Positions 11,854-32,145 of a DNA stretch of 64,000 bases are shown here, in pieces. The translations under genes and the position numbers were made by a program. The notes under the pieces were generated by a model. It saw nothing but the letters and a program-made list of their open reading frames with translations, did no database searches and had not been told where the DNA came from. The stretch covers positions 186,001 to 250,000 of the forward strand of contig NOWV01000032.1 in the NCBI GenBank assembly GCA_003344405.1. Reading direction: 5' to 3'. This DNA comes from Trichoplax sp. H2. Taxonomy: Eukaryota. Each line of letters starts with the position of its first letter. The first letter of the stretch is position 1.

Positions 11854-14800
11854 ATGCAAGTCAACAAAATTTTCACTCAAAGAAATGGCATGCTTTATTG
11901 TGGCTTTAATCAAGATCAAGGTAACTTATGATGATGATTTCATAACTCTTCTCCTATACTGGAATACTTTAATCAGTCATTATACGTACTGTAACATAAT
12001 ATAGGGAAAATGACTGATTTGCCATTGCATAATATAAATATAATGAATTCATTAATCTATCGATAAATTCATGCGAAAACTCGCAACCAATATTGTTGAG
12101 GCTACGTGTTAATCGTTGGCGTGTAGCGTACGAGTATAATGGCGCAGCAAATGTGCGTATAGCTTTATACAATATGCGAGGAAGCATTTCTAGAAATAGA
12201 CAACTTTGTAGACTACTATACGAATGAGTAAGGCGTAATCTATCAGCAAACTGAAATGAAGCGCTATCTGTATCCTTAATACGTGCATATATCATTACCC
12301 TAAAATTCTATATTAAAGCGTCAATCCTTCAGCTACAGTATTGTACAGTACTACTTGAGCAGTTGGTAAACCTGTAAGGTTAAAGTGGAGCTCACATAAT
12401 TATTGATAGTAAATAGCATTAACTCATTCTAGCATAAAACGTCTCAGCTTGCGTAAAAAAATAGACATAGAGACATACCACAATCTAAAAAAAGTAATTG
12501 ATAATGATTTGCATATTTATACTTTCGACAATAGATGTACGCGTACATTATCAAGGCAGTAATTATAATATTCACCTGCTGACATTACAATGTTAACTTT
12601 CCATCAAAGATAATTTTGATGTATTCCACCGAGGGATAGTTTCAACCGAATGTAGGTTTCTAACTATGAAACCATTAATCACGTACATCTGTCGGGCTAT
12701 ATGCTGTAGCATACAGAAAAAATATTTACTTTCATATTTCCTTCCATTACATAGGTTGCTTTGCTTGCGGTATGGAAAATGGATTCAGAGTCTTTAACTG
12801 TGACCCACTAAAGGAAAAAGAACGCCACGGTAGGGAAAATAGAGTTGTTTAAATTAATTAATTAATGAATCGACTTTTCACTTAAATATGACAGTTTTAG
12901 GATTGTACTATGCACTACTACACTAGCGATATATTCTTGATACTTGTAAGCGGACAGTTCTGATTGTATTCCATAACTATAGTGACGGTTAATAGTAGTA
13001 GCCATGTGTAGTAGTATTTTTATGAGATAAAACAGACTGAGTTAATTAAAATAGATTTACTCCAGTTCTTCCTCGTAAATTGATCGGTCCATAATCGATT
13101 CATTGTTTTAATACGATACTCATATAACATACCTTAATTCTTGCTAAGTTACTATCTAAATATCTTATGCATTCACTGAAGAATCACATAACTAACATAT
13201 ATCAGTTTATATGTATGTAACTCCTAAATTATAATTATCCAATTGTTCCTGATTAACCAACAGGATTATTCTGATACCGAAATTGACGTAATTGTAACCT
13301 TAACGTATCTACTTTTTTAATTAGATTTTGATGGAGGCATCCAACAGGTAGAAATGCTGTTTCGATGTAATTACTTGGCTATTGTTGGTGGAGGCCAGAG
13401 CCCAAAATATCCGCCTAATAGAGGTACTAATCATCGTAATATGTTTTCTATATAATTGTCTGTTATAGCCTGCTACTTATGATCTTAAATTTTAGAAACA
13501 CAACACTAAATATACAGTACGCGGATTGCAGTTCACAACTATTTTCCCTTAATTTTTTAGTGGTAATATGGAACGATGTGCAAAAGAACAGTGTCATTGA
13601 GTTAAACTTTGCTACAGAAGTTAGAGCAGTTCGCCTACGAAGAGATAGGTTAGTTCGCAAAACCTTCGAGTTTTATATAAATTATCCAGTTTCAACGATA
13701 TTTTTCGAGAAGTAGTCTATCAGTATATCATACAAGTGAAAAAGCTGTTACAGTATACAGAGTGGTCAATAAATGACCTGATCTTATTTTTGGGGAGAAT
13801 TGAATATCCACAGATGTTATTTTAAATACTGTGCGGCATTATTTGCAGAATTGTAGTAATACTTGATACAATGGTAAAAGTATTTACCTTTACACAAGCA
13901 CCACAACAAGTACATGTGTTTGATACCTGCAGCAATCCTAAAGGTAATTTATCTACCAACATTGGGTAACAAATAATTACGTGTACAGTAAGCGTATATT
14001 TTATTAAAGCATAATCTACCGTTATTACTATAATTATTAATCGCCATGGTGTAACGCTGACTTTTTGTTATCGTTTTCAAAAGGAATTGGCGTTTTGTGT
14101 CCGAGTAGCAGTAATTCCTTGTTAGCTTTCCCTGGTGTCAAGCTTGGTTCAGTTCAACTGATTGATTTAGGAAACGCTGAAAAACCTCCAGCTATAATCG
14201 AAGCTCATGAAAATGCCATTACGTGTATTTCTCTCAATCTTGATGGTACACTGTTAGCTACTGCCTCTGAAAAGGTAACTCAAATTAGTTACACGTACAA
14301 TTAATTTTATATACAAATTATATGCTATTTATGATATAACGAACTATAAAGATGATAATTTGATGGATATTCTTCGCAAAGGTGACTAGTACTAATATGC
14401 ATACTTTTATGCTAACATTTGATGAGCATGCGAATGATACTGCAACATAGTGTAAGCTACAGTGTGAATCGTGATGATACTTTAGTGAAGCTTTGTATTT
14501 CTGTAATGATACTGTATCTTGTAGTAAATCAATAAAGTTTTGCTTTTTAGTGTCGCTATTATGTTTATGACTATACTAATACTGTAGAACTGCATATCAA
14601 GCAATATTCATTTATACGTTCAGCCCTCAAATCGCTTTTTCATCTATTTCCTACAATTCGTCTAATTTCTGATGATAGCATGCCCTAAAAATCTGGAATT
14701 CGATATAGTTAAGGTTATTTGTATATTTACCTGATTATGACATGAGTAGTTCCCCAAAAATTTACTTCAGACACAGTGTTTCATTTTTAATTCATTTTTA

Positions 14801-15605
14801 ATCCGGTATACTGATTTGGTATAGGGTACGCTAATAAGAATATTTAATACTGCGACATGTTTACTGGAAAATGAGTTAAGGCGTGGCACGGGAAATGCCT
14901 TTATTTATTGGTAAGTCTATAAATTGACTGACATTGATTAAATATATTTAAAGGCCACTCATTACTGATATAAGTAACAGTGACGTAAGTATAAAATCTA
15001 AAATTACAAGTTTAAGGGATTTGCTAGTGTCCGATACCTACATGGATAATTTTTTTTTCATTTAGTATAAATTTCAGTCCTGAATCTTCTCTATTGTGCG
15101 TGGCCAGCGATCATGGAACTATTCATGTTTTTAATATAGCCGATCCGAAAAAGAACAAGCAGTCCAGGTAGAATATGTTTTGGAATTAGATACTCGAGCT
15201 TGTTGTTTATGGAAATAATGGCTTAATTGATGTATTTGCATAATTTCACATTACCTCTTGATAGTCTTGCTGGTGCGCACTTTCTTCCCAAATATTTCAA
15301 TTCTCGATGGAGTTTTATGAAAATTCAAATTCCTAATGGTTGTCAATGTATATGTGCATTCGGAAATGACAGCAATACAGTCATTGGTAAGCCGCGATAC
15401 TGTATTTAATATAATTTGCTATCGTATCAAATTTCAGTAAATCTGTTTTATCTTTTATTACATACCAAATAATATTTTGCTCATAATTTATCCATCAGCT
15501 ATCTGTGGTGATGGCAACTACTACAAGTTTCAGTTTAACGAAAAAGGAGAATACAGTCGAGAGATGAGTCAAAACTTTTTAGAAATGACTGACGGTGGTA
15601 CATAA
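11854..15605 (+). CDS. WDR45B: WD repeat phosphoinositide-interacting protein 3 (PROPPIN family), about 10 exons
   Basis: [75 protein letters not shown]; the ELRRG phosphoinositide-binding motif; C-terminus [17 protein letters not shown]...FLEMTDGGT*. Confidence 0.93.
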
Positions 15606-16708
15606 GGGCAGCACTTTCACAATATAATCTCTTAAACGCTTGCTATTGAAATGATATGTCTGCACTCTCAAAGTAATAGTTTATTATTTGCCTAAAAATA
15701 ATCATCCTAATTGCTAATTGTATGAGGTAAAGAAGAAATCAAGTATCATTCCTAATATGGAGAACATCTATCTTAAGTTTCCAAACCTAACTAGGTCTAT
15801 AATGTCACTCCTATTTGATTTACGATAACTGATTTTCTCTAATTACTTTTTTATAACTGTTTTTGTTAAAGATTCAAATTTTATAAATTTCTTGCGCAGA
15901 TTATGTCACTTTATATTTTCGTTTCCCAACTGTAATATTAGTAATTGTATTACAGTAAAACTATTATCAACTTCTTGGTGGTGCGTTATTGCCAGTATAA
16001 CAAATAAATTAAACGAATAATGATATTTTTTAAGACTATGTTAACATGCATGCTGTTGGTATGCATCTACAAGCGACTGTAGCTTACCCCAAATATAGAT
16101 TCTCTTAGTTGTAGAACGATTATTGTATTACCCTCGGTAACTGTATCAATTTGATTTTTTGTTTATAGGCTACAAGATAATATTACTTGATAAATAAGCA
16201 TAGCCCTTTATAAAGATATCCATATATTTTATTTCATACACAGAATTAGATTGTACTAATTAGCCATCATTATAACTGATCTATATTCATTTTATATGTA
16301 GTATTTCGAATAATATGCGACCTGTAAAGGCGATTTATTCCTATCCTAAATAAAATTAACTTTAAAAACAAGTATTGTATAAAGGTCCATGCTTAGTCAT
16401 TACAAGTAAATACAATTCACCAAAATGTGTGGTTGTCAGTGCGCATTATATTTTATTTTGTTTAACTATAAATACATATTTGAAGCTGGTGTGGCTCAGA
16501 AACATAGCAGTTATTTATAAAATGATTTTAATTCTCATCATTACCGCTTTTGCGTGATAAATATAGCACATATCCTTATTATCATTTGTAATAGTATTAA
16601 AAAAGTAAGACGATCGCTTCATAATCTTCGGCTAAAAATAAGCAGCTCCTTCTTATTCGATCTCGCAATAGCATATAAAAGCAATGTTAAATAATAGTAT
16701 TTTCATCG

Positions 16709-19700
16709 TTAATCTTTCTTCTTATCTCGAAAAGTAAAATCTGTGCATATTAAAAAAAATAATATTAAAACAGTTTGAATCATTAACAGTCGATATGTGG
16801 AATACAGTGCGAACAACACTGTTATAAAAAATAGCAATAAAATAATCCGTGGTAGCTGAAATTTGAAAGCTCTAAAAACATCAAAATACCTAGTTAGATT
16901 AACAGCAATTGATATTACTTATGATTACTATCATGTTATTACATTAACAATGGTACTTGTAATGGTACAGTACTTACATATCCTCGTAAAAACTCGATTT
17001 CTGAAATAAAACTAGTAAACCACAACTGGCTAATAACGATTCGTGCATAAAAGGGTCAGGCATCACATTAAATCCGTATCTGTTTAAAAGGCAAGATCGT
17101 TTATTACAGTTGATCAGTTACTGCTTTCAATGTAACACAGGATGGCCGATTAGAAATTAATTGCTACATCGTAAAATCTTACCTCAAATTTTTGAACCAC
17201 ATGATTGCTGAAGGAATGGTAAGAAAGGAACTAAGAAGACTGGAATTTAGTAATAAAAAGCATAAATCGGAACTGCCACAATATTCTCTTTCTTTATTCT
17301 GTCTAGAATTGATAATTGCCACAAGCTACGAATTTATTATAAAAAGTAGAATACAAGAAAATATAAATTTAATAGAAATTCTTGTTAAATTTACATATAT
17401 CAGCTTAGTTCTAATCACTTTTGGTTTCCTAGCTTACCTTAACATAACAGTACAAAATGGTACAATATAAACCCAGTGCCCCACACATTGTTAGGCAGAT
17501 AGTTATAACTAGCAACCCGAATATGATATTAAAGTATAAATTAAAGCATATGGCAGTAAAAATGTTTCCAGTTAGACGAGCCATGGATAACCACCTTTTA
17601 GGACATACAAAGATAGTTAGATATTGCATAATCATCAACATCCTAGCATATTTTCAGTTTTTAAGCTGATTCGATGACAGTATTGATCATTCCTTGAATG
17701 ATAACTGCGACTAGAGAAAAGCTAATAAGAAATAGTTACCATCAATTCGTTTCCCTTTAATTGTAAAAATTACCTAGATGTAAATCTTAATACAGAAGCA
17801 ACACCATAAACCAGCCAATCCATGATACAGAACTGAAAATGTAACCCAGAAATGCTAAACATATGGATCACCGATAGTAAATAGGTCGACCATTCACCAG
17901 ATTTCATTACGTTAAAAATGTCGGGTTGTGGGAAAATTGGGAAAGGCCATGCAAATTTAGAAAACGTCGAACTAGATAATTTGGTATAAATTAGTAGATA
18001 ATGAAATCTCGAAATCTGCCACCTTATTCGTTAAGTATAGTTTAAGTAACATAATTTTTCAATTTATTGTAGCATAAATACACAATTAAAATAAGTTTCA
18101 AACCTGAATAAATAACTAAAAGAAACTAAAGATGCAGCAAATTTCCATCTTCGATCTAGTTCTTGATTCAGTAATGTTTTTATCGAGAAATGATCTGAAG
18201 TTTGTTGTTTTAACGCTAAAGCAACACCTGGGCTAGTATTTAGCCTTTCTTTACCATCTTGGCTATCAGTAGATTTTGATTGATAAGTTTCTAACGAGTA
18301 TTACATTAAAAGTCTTAGAACGCGCAGGCTATCATATATTCTTAATATCAAACACTCACATCAACGCTACTATGTAATATCAGAAACGCTAGTTTGTACA
18401 CATATTACCAAATAAATAAAACTAGAGACAATAAATGAGATCGACCGAAAAATATACCATTGACATATTTCACCAAATTAAATGCCAGCAAAATGATAAT
18501 TGCCATTGTCCATCCCGGTAGAAAGATTGCATAATAACGAACCATCTGTGAGTAATAATTTGCCATTACATATACGTATCTCTTTAACAGTAGTTTTAAT
18601 TTTATTTAATTGGATATGAATTACAAACCTGTCCAAGCAGTCGTGTATAATCGGTAGTAACAATAATCTAGAATGAAGTTAATTCTCAACCTTAAAAAAT
18701 GAATTGTACAAGAGCATTTGAAGTGCACATTCATGGATACTAACTTTGTAGCGACATTTAGCGTTTGTACTCCAGATAGTTAGTCGAATACTCATGTTCT
18801 GATATTTGTTATCATTTGGCCTAGGTGTCTGCATTGGCATAGATACATTTTAGCATTTGGCTGCTATCATTCTCTTATAATAAAATGGAGTTTACTAGGC
18901 AAACTTTTATTATAGATATGGGTACAAGTATTTGATACTTTTACCTAATACAAAACTCAAAATCAACCAACAACCTAAATTTATACTGTAGTGTTGTCAT
19001 AAGCGTTTAAATTTCAACTGCTAAAAATTTAGTATCTATAACTGCTTGACAGTTATAGCTGGAAGTCTAAGCATATCCTCATTATTCTAGGTACTATACA
19101 GCACAAGCATATCAGACTTCTTCGGCACCAGCTAGTATTATATGATTAGTTTTGAAATCGGGTTGTTCATAGCTTATGATCACGGTGTTATTTCAAGTAG
19201 ACTAATTATGCCCCGATACACTACATACATTTAAAATATACATACTTGCATATAAATAGAAAAATTTAATTTCCCATTATCCTCGGGTCTAAAGAAATTA
19301 GATCTTTTTAATTTTAAGTCATTGAGAACGGAAATACGTGTATTCCAGCTAAACGATATTCTTCAAATTTTTAAATAGTAACGGCTATAAATTCTTTATT
19401 TAGATATTTCATTTACCTAACGTATCGAAAGACATCTTCATGAAACCACGGAGCATGAAATTGAATAGCTAGTTCGATTAAACGAAGGTACAACGATTAC
19501 TTAGGTGAGAAATCATGTAGCAAAACAATAAAAGAAATTTGATGTTTAACAACTAGTTATGTAATAGAAAATACAACAGTTATTTACGGAAAGAGACTAT
19601 GCAGTAAACGAATCTAAAATCTAACGTAAAGGTAAAATAGATAGCTTAATAATATTGAGTAATAAATAATTATTGGTAGTACTAAATTGAATACAATGTG

Positions 19701-22700
19701 ATGCAGAATAAAATATGCAATATCTTACTTGTATGACGTAAACAGCGATCACTACTATTAATTTGAACGTAGTATGCTTCCCATATCTTGAAGAAAAGAT
19801 TAGTCATTAGTGCTTTTTATTTTGTATGCCATAAATAATATTATGGACTAACATCCTAAAGGTGAAAATAATTGAAGCAAATAGTATTTGGTTTATTAAA
19901 AACCTGCCGCATGTCCGGTAAATTGTAATTCAGAATATACTGATCATTATCATCAGAATCAACCGCCGTAAAACCCACTATGGAAGGCAGCCGAATATGT
20001 TTAGTTTTTACGGCATCGCGATAAAACTCAGCGAATACAGAATCCTATAAAAATTATATAAAAATTTAAAACTTTCGTCATATTGTATAATCTTTTCCAA
20101 ACACATCAATAGATAAATATTGTTATATCCGAAAATTAATTTTTTACTAGTTACACGCAATAGATAGAATATTTATGACCTACATGAGTTGCTGTAGACA
20201 CCATGACATGAGTAGCTTGAGATAATTCGGAGTTAATATTTACGTCCAGTAACTTTCAAGCAAATAAAAATTAGAATAATATTATAGTGTCATATTGACG
20301 ATTTTCGTTGTTATTTAGCAGCCGCGAAGGGCTAACGAGGAATGACACAGTATTTACAGTGTTTAAATTAGGAATAACATAAAAGAATTAATTTACCTTT
20401 AGAGTACCTGTGGCATGGGGGATTATCTGCACGTGGTTTAATAAGTCGCTAGGTGAATCGCTTCATAGAGTAATGTTATAATAATTAATAAAGTTTCTCA
20501 TCTTTATATATTTGCATAAAGCTAACTTAAATGATTCTATTTACCATTTGTGATAGTCTATACCGTTACAAGAAATAATCCAAGCATTAGCATTCTAGAT
20601 AAGATCATATCGAGCAATTGAAATCGATTAGCCGTCTTTGTTATTCTAAGTTCTATTTTGAATCAGGACCATAACATACATTTTGTAATTTTATAGGCGA
20701 AATTTGATTTACAAATTTTGAATGCAAGTATTTGTACATATGACTTAGGCATCAAGAGCTAAGAGAAGCGAGCGGCTCTACTACTTATACAATTACAGAA
20801 AATGCGATCAAAATTCACAATCCTACATGATCGATTAACGTAATACCGATGTGGTCATTAACAAAAGTCGATCTTTAGCTATTCTTTGAGGTTTTAACGG
20901 GAAGGCCATCAGGCACCTTTTTGATGATTGCTATACATTTAATCAAACGAATTATGTAATAATTAATTATCTCTATAAGGGTCTCATAGTCATTCGAGCC
21001 GGTTATTTCAATGATAACATTGTGGAGATACTATTCTGGAACTGTCTTTAATAATATTTATACCATAACGCTCTCGTAGATAACATCGTGAAATAGTATG
21101 TACCTTCCTGTGTAAACCGTTACTCCAAATTCTCGAAATACAAATATTTACTGGGCGCTCTGAATTATCACAATCAAAAAAAATAATGTCAACAATTTAG
21201 ACGTCTACAGTATATCATATTTTATAATGTATAAGTTAATACCAACGAAATTAAGCATATCTTAAAACCTTGATCTATTTTTAAGAATTTTTTTCCTAAT
21301 TTATAAGGATAATTTCGCATCCCATTATGCTTAATTAAATGATGCGCTAATACATTCCTTCTTTTAGACGTTGATGATGATATCTAATTGAGCGAAAGAA
21401 GACCGAATCGTCAAGATATCAACAACAACTAAAATTGCTTCATTAAAACTCCAACCTGCCCATGTGCTTCAATCATATCGTACAATGCGCGAACAATCGC
21501 TAAGACTAATTCCTTGCACCTAAAAGTAAACGACAAGTTAGTTAGTGTTATGTTTGTTACATACAAATTTCGTTTTGATTAGCATATTTTAATAAATCTG
21601 ACCATACGATACAACGGTGATCTATCGTCAGCCATGTGCGTGGTACAGCAGTCGTCTACGTTGGATAGAAGGTAATACATTCATGTAACAGAACTGTTGT
21701 GCAATCTTTATATTAGCACGATATTTCCGTGATCAGTAACAGATTACAGTACTTACTATAGCATTAATACTTCGATTATAATTCGCAACCTGTAAGATAA
21801 ATAAGTCTAAATAAAATTATTTATTGTACTGGTATTTCCGAGTTAGTCTATCGAAGATATTAATTACACTAGAACAAGACATACACTGGCTAAGGACGTA
21901 AGATCTGATCTCACAATCACGTCACGAAGGCCACCACCCACAGAAGCAATAATTACTTGGTCGAGTATTTGGCCAGAAGATGACTGCTCTTGCCAGAACT
22001 AAAATTGTATGAGATAATATGTATTACTTTCTTACGCACTAAAATACACTAAGATTAAGATATGGATTTCTCCATGAAATGGGAGGACTTGAAAATTATC
22101 CACTGTAGTAAAAGAAAAGAATTATGTAGTATACTACTTCTAATAATAGAACTATTATGTGATTAGAACAAGCACTGGGAATGCATTGAAATTATGATGT
22201 TTTAGTGTTCATGAAACACGCTCGCATTTAGATTTGCTACCCTGATTCTTGACGCTATAGTTTCGAGTGCTCTTAAATGATCACAGCTTCTGTCACGATA
22301 CAATTTAAAAATACTTTAAATACGCTAATGTAGTACAGCGTGTGCTCAGTAAAGTACATTGGAACATGTTTCACAAAAAGTGGTAAACTATCGATAATGA
22401 TAGTAATCCTAATTACATGCATTTCCAAATTTAAACATCTCACTCTATTCTGACTTTAATTATAAGAACTGGTAAACGTTCCGAGATCCTCTTCAACGTA
22501 GTAATTTTCTTACCGTGTTAACCGTATCATAAAAGTCAGCAACGTATTTATCCGCATAGAAGACTGCAATGGCATACATAGTTATTTTAAAAACTTTTCC
22601 AAAAATGCTCACAAGTTAGCTAACGAGTTAATTCCATAAAATCTACGACAAACCAGGACTCCGATGGGGAGTAGCGATAGTAATGACCGTTGTAACAGTA

Positions 22701-24907
22701 CTGTTGTCAAAGTTAGGTAAAGTGAAAAGTGCTCTAGCGATCATGCCTCCCTAATTAATCAATAATCAAGGTGTTAAAATCTCAGTAAGCCATTGTAACA
22801 GATAAGTTTCTAACTTTTATATACAGTATAATACAACATATTATGCTAGCTACAATAGAACTTGATTTCAATCTTAACTATAGAATGGCCAATAACAACG
22901 ACAGATCTTGGTGGACTAGGTAAATTTCGGTACCCCGCGAGTATTCTCTTGATGCAATAATTAACGTATTCTGCGTTTAAGAAACTACTCATTAATAATT
23001 TGAAAGTTTTGTAATGTGCACAGTAACTAATAATATATTTTCTTTTAGATATTAAATAGAATGTACGAATAAAGTACGATGAATATGGGTTATATTATTA
23101 ATACCTTATTGCATAAACAAGAAATTAATTCAGATTGTATGCATCACTAAAGTTACACATTTACTTCCAGACCGTAGACTAATATTTTCAGCCTTATTCA
23201 ATAATTAGTATACCTGCTTGATCACGTAATGTACCACCGTAAAGTCCAGAAATTTCCTATATAATACATTATGTAGAGATCATTATAGAACTGTTACATT
23301 AAGAAGGAATAAGGGTTTACAGCTTACTGCGTACAACTCAGTAACTTAAAGACACGAATACTGCACTAAGATAGCTTTGCAAAATCTTTCTGCAATACTG
23401 CGTTCATTGGAATAGGCAAATAAATATTGGTCATAGCAGTTTGATAGCAAAGATAGAAATTTAGTAAAGCAATGTGAGTTGTGAGCTGATAAATATTACC
23501 TCATTTAAATCAATGGTGTAATAATTAAAATGCTCCTTTCTATTCATTGACTTTTGATACGAAATTGAGGCAAGAGATCGAACTTTAATACATAATAAAG
23601 ATACAACAACCAAAAATACTTAATAAGAGCTAGTATAAGTAGATTGATTAATATCTAAAAATCACCTTGTTTGTAACTACCAGCGTTGCCAGGGATGAAT
23701 AATATCGGAATACCGAATATATGATCGTTCCTGAGCGTTTTCGTATTTACACGTAATGTTGTATAGGATAACAAATTAGATCCGTAAGACTCGTAAAGAC
23801 CCATATTCGTCAATTCTAATGCTAGTTTTAATCTCTTTCCATTTTTTAAAATTAAAACTTCTGTTTTATGAACTTAGCTAACATGAGTATTACTTGAGGA
23901 ATTGATAAATTATCACGTAAAAGCGTAAGGCTACATTACAGATGCAATTATTTCATACAATAGTACACGTGTATAATCCCATCCTTTGAAATAAAGATAT
24001 GCGTAAATTATGCTAACTAACATGGTATTTCAAATAGTCGTGCTGAATTGTAATCCTTCTAGATAAGAATACTATCATGGGAATCTATACATATCACTAC
24101 ATGAGATCGAGCAAGGTTTTTTGAGCAATGAATGTATGATACCCATTGCGTAACTGGCAAATTAGACCTTCAAATAAACCATGATATTGCAATCATTACC
24201 TTAACGTTTCTGCATAGTACCTAATAGTGGAAATGTGATAAGGTTAATACACTGGATTACATTATTATTCATTCAGAGACATTAACACCAAATGATCAGC
24301 AATTTACAAGGCTAAACATTTGCTTTAATCCAAGAAATGATACGCGTACTAACCCTTCTCCATAAAGATAGAGTGTATAGCGCGGAAATTTGGCCTGAAT
24401 TGTGGTTGGTAACGGTATTGGCTATATCAAGAATATTAAACAACGGTACATATGGCAGTCAGTCAGACATACAAAAGAAGCAGTTCGTTTTAACTGTCAC
24501 GAAAAGAGGTGAGTGCAGCAGGTTTCATGGAGTTAAGATAGCTAAGATATGTGTGTGCTATGCACTATAATAGCAATCCAAGATATAAAGTGCAGAGCCA
24601 TTTACGAATTGCATATTAATTAATTAATAATAATTTAAGAATCGGATTTTCATGTTGGAGGTAATACCTATACAGTGTCATATTGTTTACCTCCAATTGA
24701 TAAGTCATTTTAAATGTAGTCAAATAAATTGCAATATTAGTACAAACGTACGATGTAATCAATCTTTTCATACATGTAAGACATGCTGCAATAGTTCTTT
24801 TCTAGATTGCGAGAAATATCCCAAATACCAACCATAGTCAATGTAACGAAAGTGCTACAAAATAGCCAAAGCATCAAATTTCGATTAGACATAACTGGAA
24901 AGGCCAT
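16709..24907 (-). CDS. PGAP1: GPI inositol-deacylase, many short exons
   Basis: N-terminal TM segment then NYCSMSYMYE; GIPILFIPGNAGSYKQ; lipase elbow GHSI|GGMIARA across an intron; SVGGGLRDVIVRSDLT; multi-TM C-terminus ending ...YRLLMIQ...RDKKKD*. The start could be 24907 or 24892. Confidence 0.9.
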
Positions 24908-24980
24908 TCTCCACCAAATGGATAGTCTTGGCAAGATAGTATCATTTTAACCTAGTGTAGTGCAGTATAATACTGTTAAG

Positions 24981-25230
24981 TTACTGTAACTGTACAGTAC
25001 CTACTATTACAATGTACAGTACAGTACATACTGTACTGTACAGTACTACTGTACTCGTTCGACAGTACTGTACTGTACACTGTAGCGTACAGTACAGTAC
25101 TGTACAGTACTGTACTGTACATTTAAAATCCGAGGCGGTAAAATATTGTACTGTACTGTACGATGTACAGTACCGTAGCGAGCAAATTTGCAGACATCTC
25201 ATTCTTCTAAACACTGTCGTGAGTACTGTA
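24981..25230. repeat. (TACAG/CTGTA)n cluster in the 745-bp interval between divergent PGAP1 and glucosidase starts
   Basis: Direct reading, e.g. gtacagtacagtactgtacagtactgtactgtac at about 25087-25120. Confidence 0.9.
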
Positions 25231-25651
25231 CGTGAGTAGTCGCGAGTGTCGTCTATGCATCACGTGACATGTCCTTATTGTACTTTAGCTAGTACGGTAC
25301 GTGATGAGGCATGACTTTGGACCAGGTACCCGAACAGTACTTGACTTCGATACAGTACTGTACAATCCAGCACAAGAGCTGCAAATCCGTGAAATCATTA
25401 AAATTCCCAATAATGAAAAATTGGCTTTTTTTTTTATTAATTTGTTTTCATTCGATCCTGCTGAGTATTCTGTACTATATCTATCTCTATTTTTCTGCTG
25501 TCACCGCTGGAATTGATCGATCGAGATTGAGCATTTTCAAAGCAAAATACCGAAATCTGTTGACGGAGCTAAGCCAATTGCCGAGCTATTATCAATTAAT
25601 AGTTACTGCATGCTAAAATTTCAATCATTCTTATTTTTATAAATAACAAAT

Positions 25652-32145
<6,494 letters not shown>

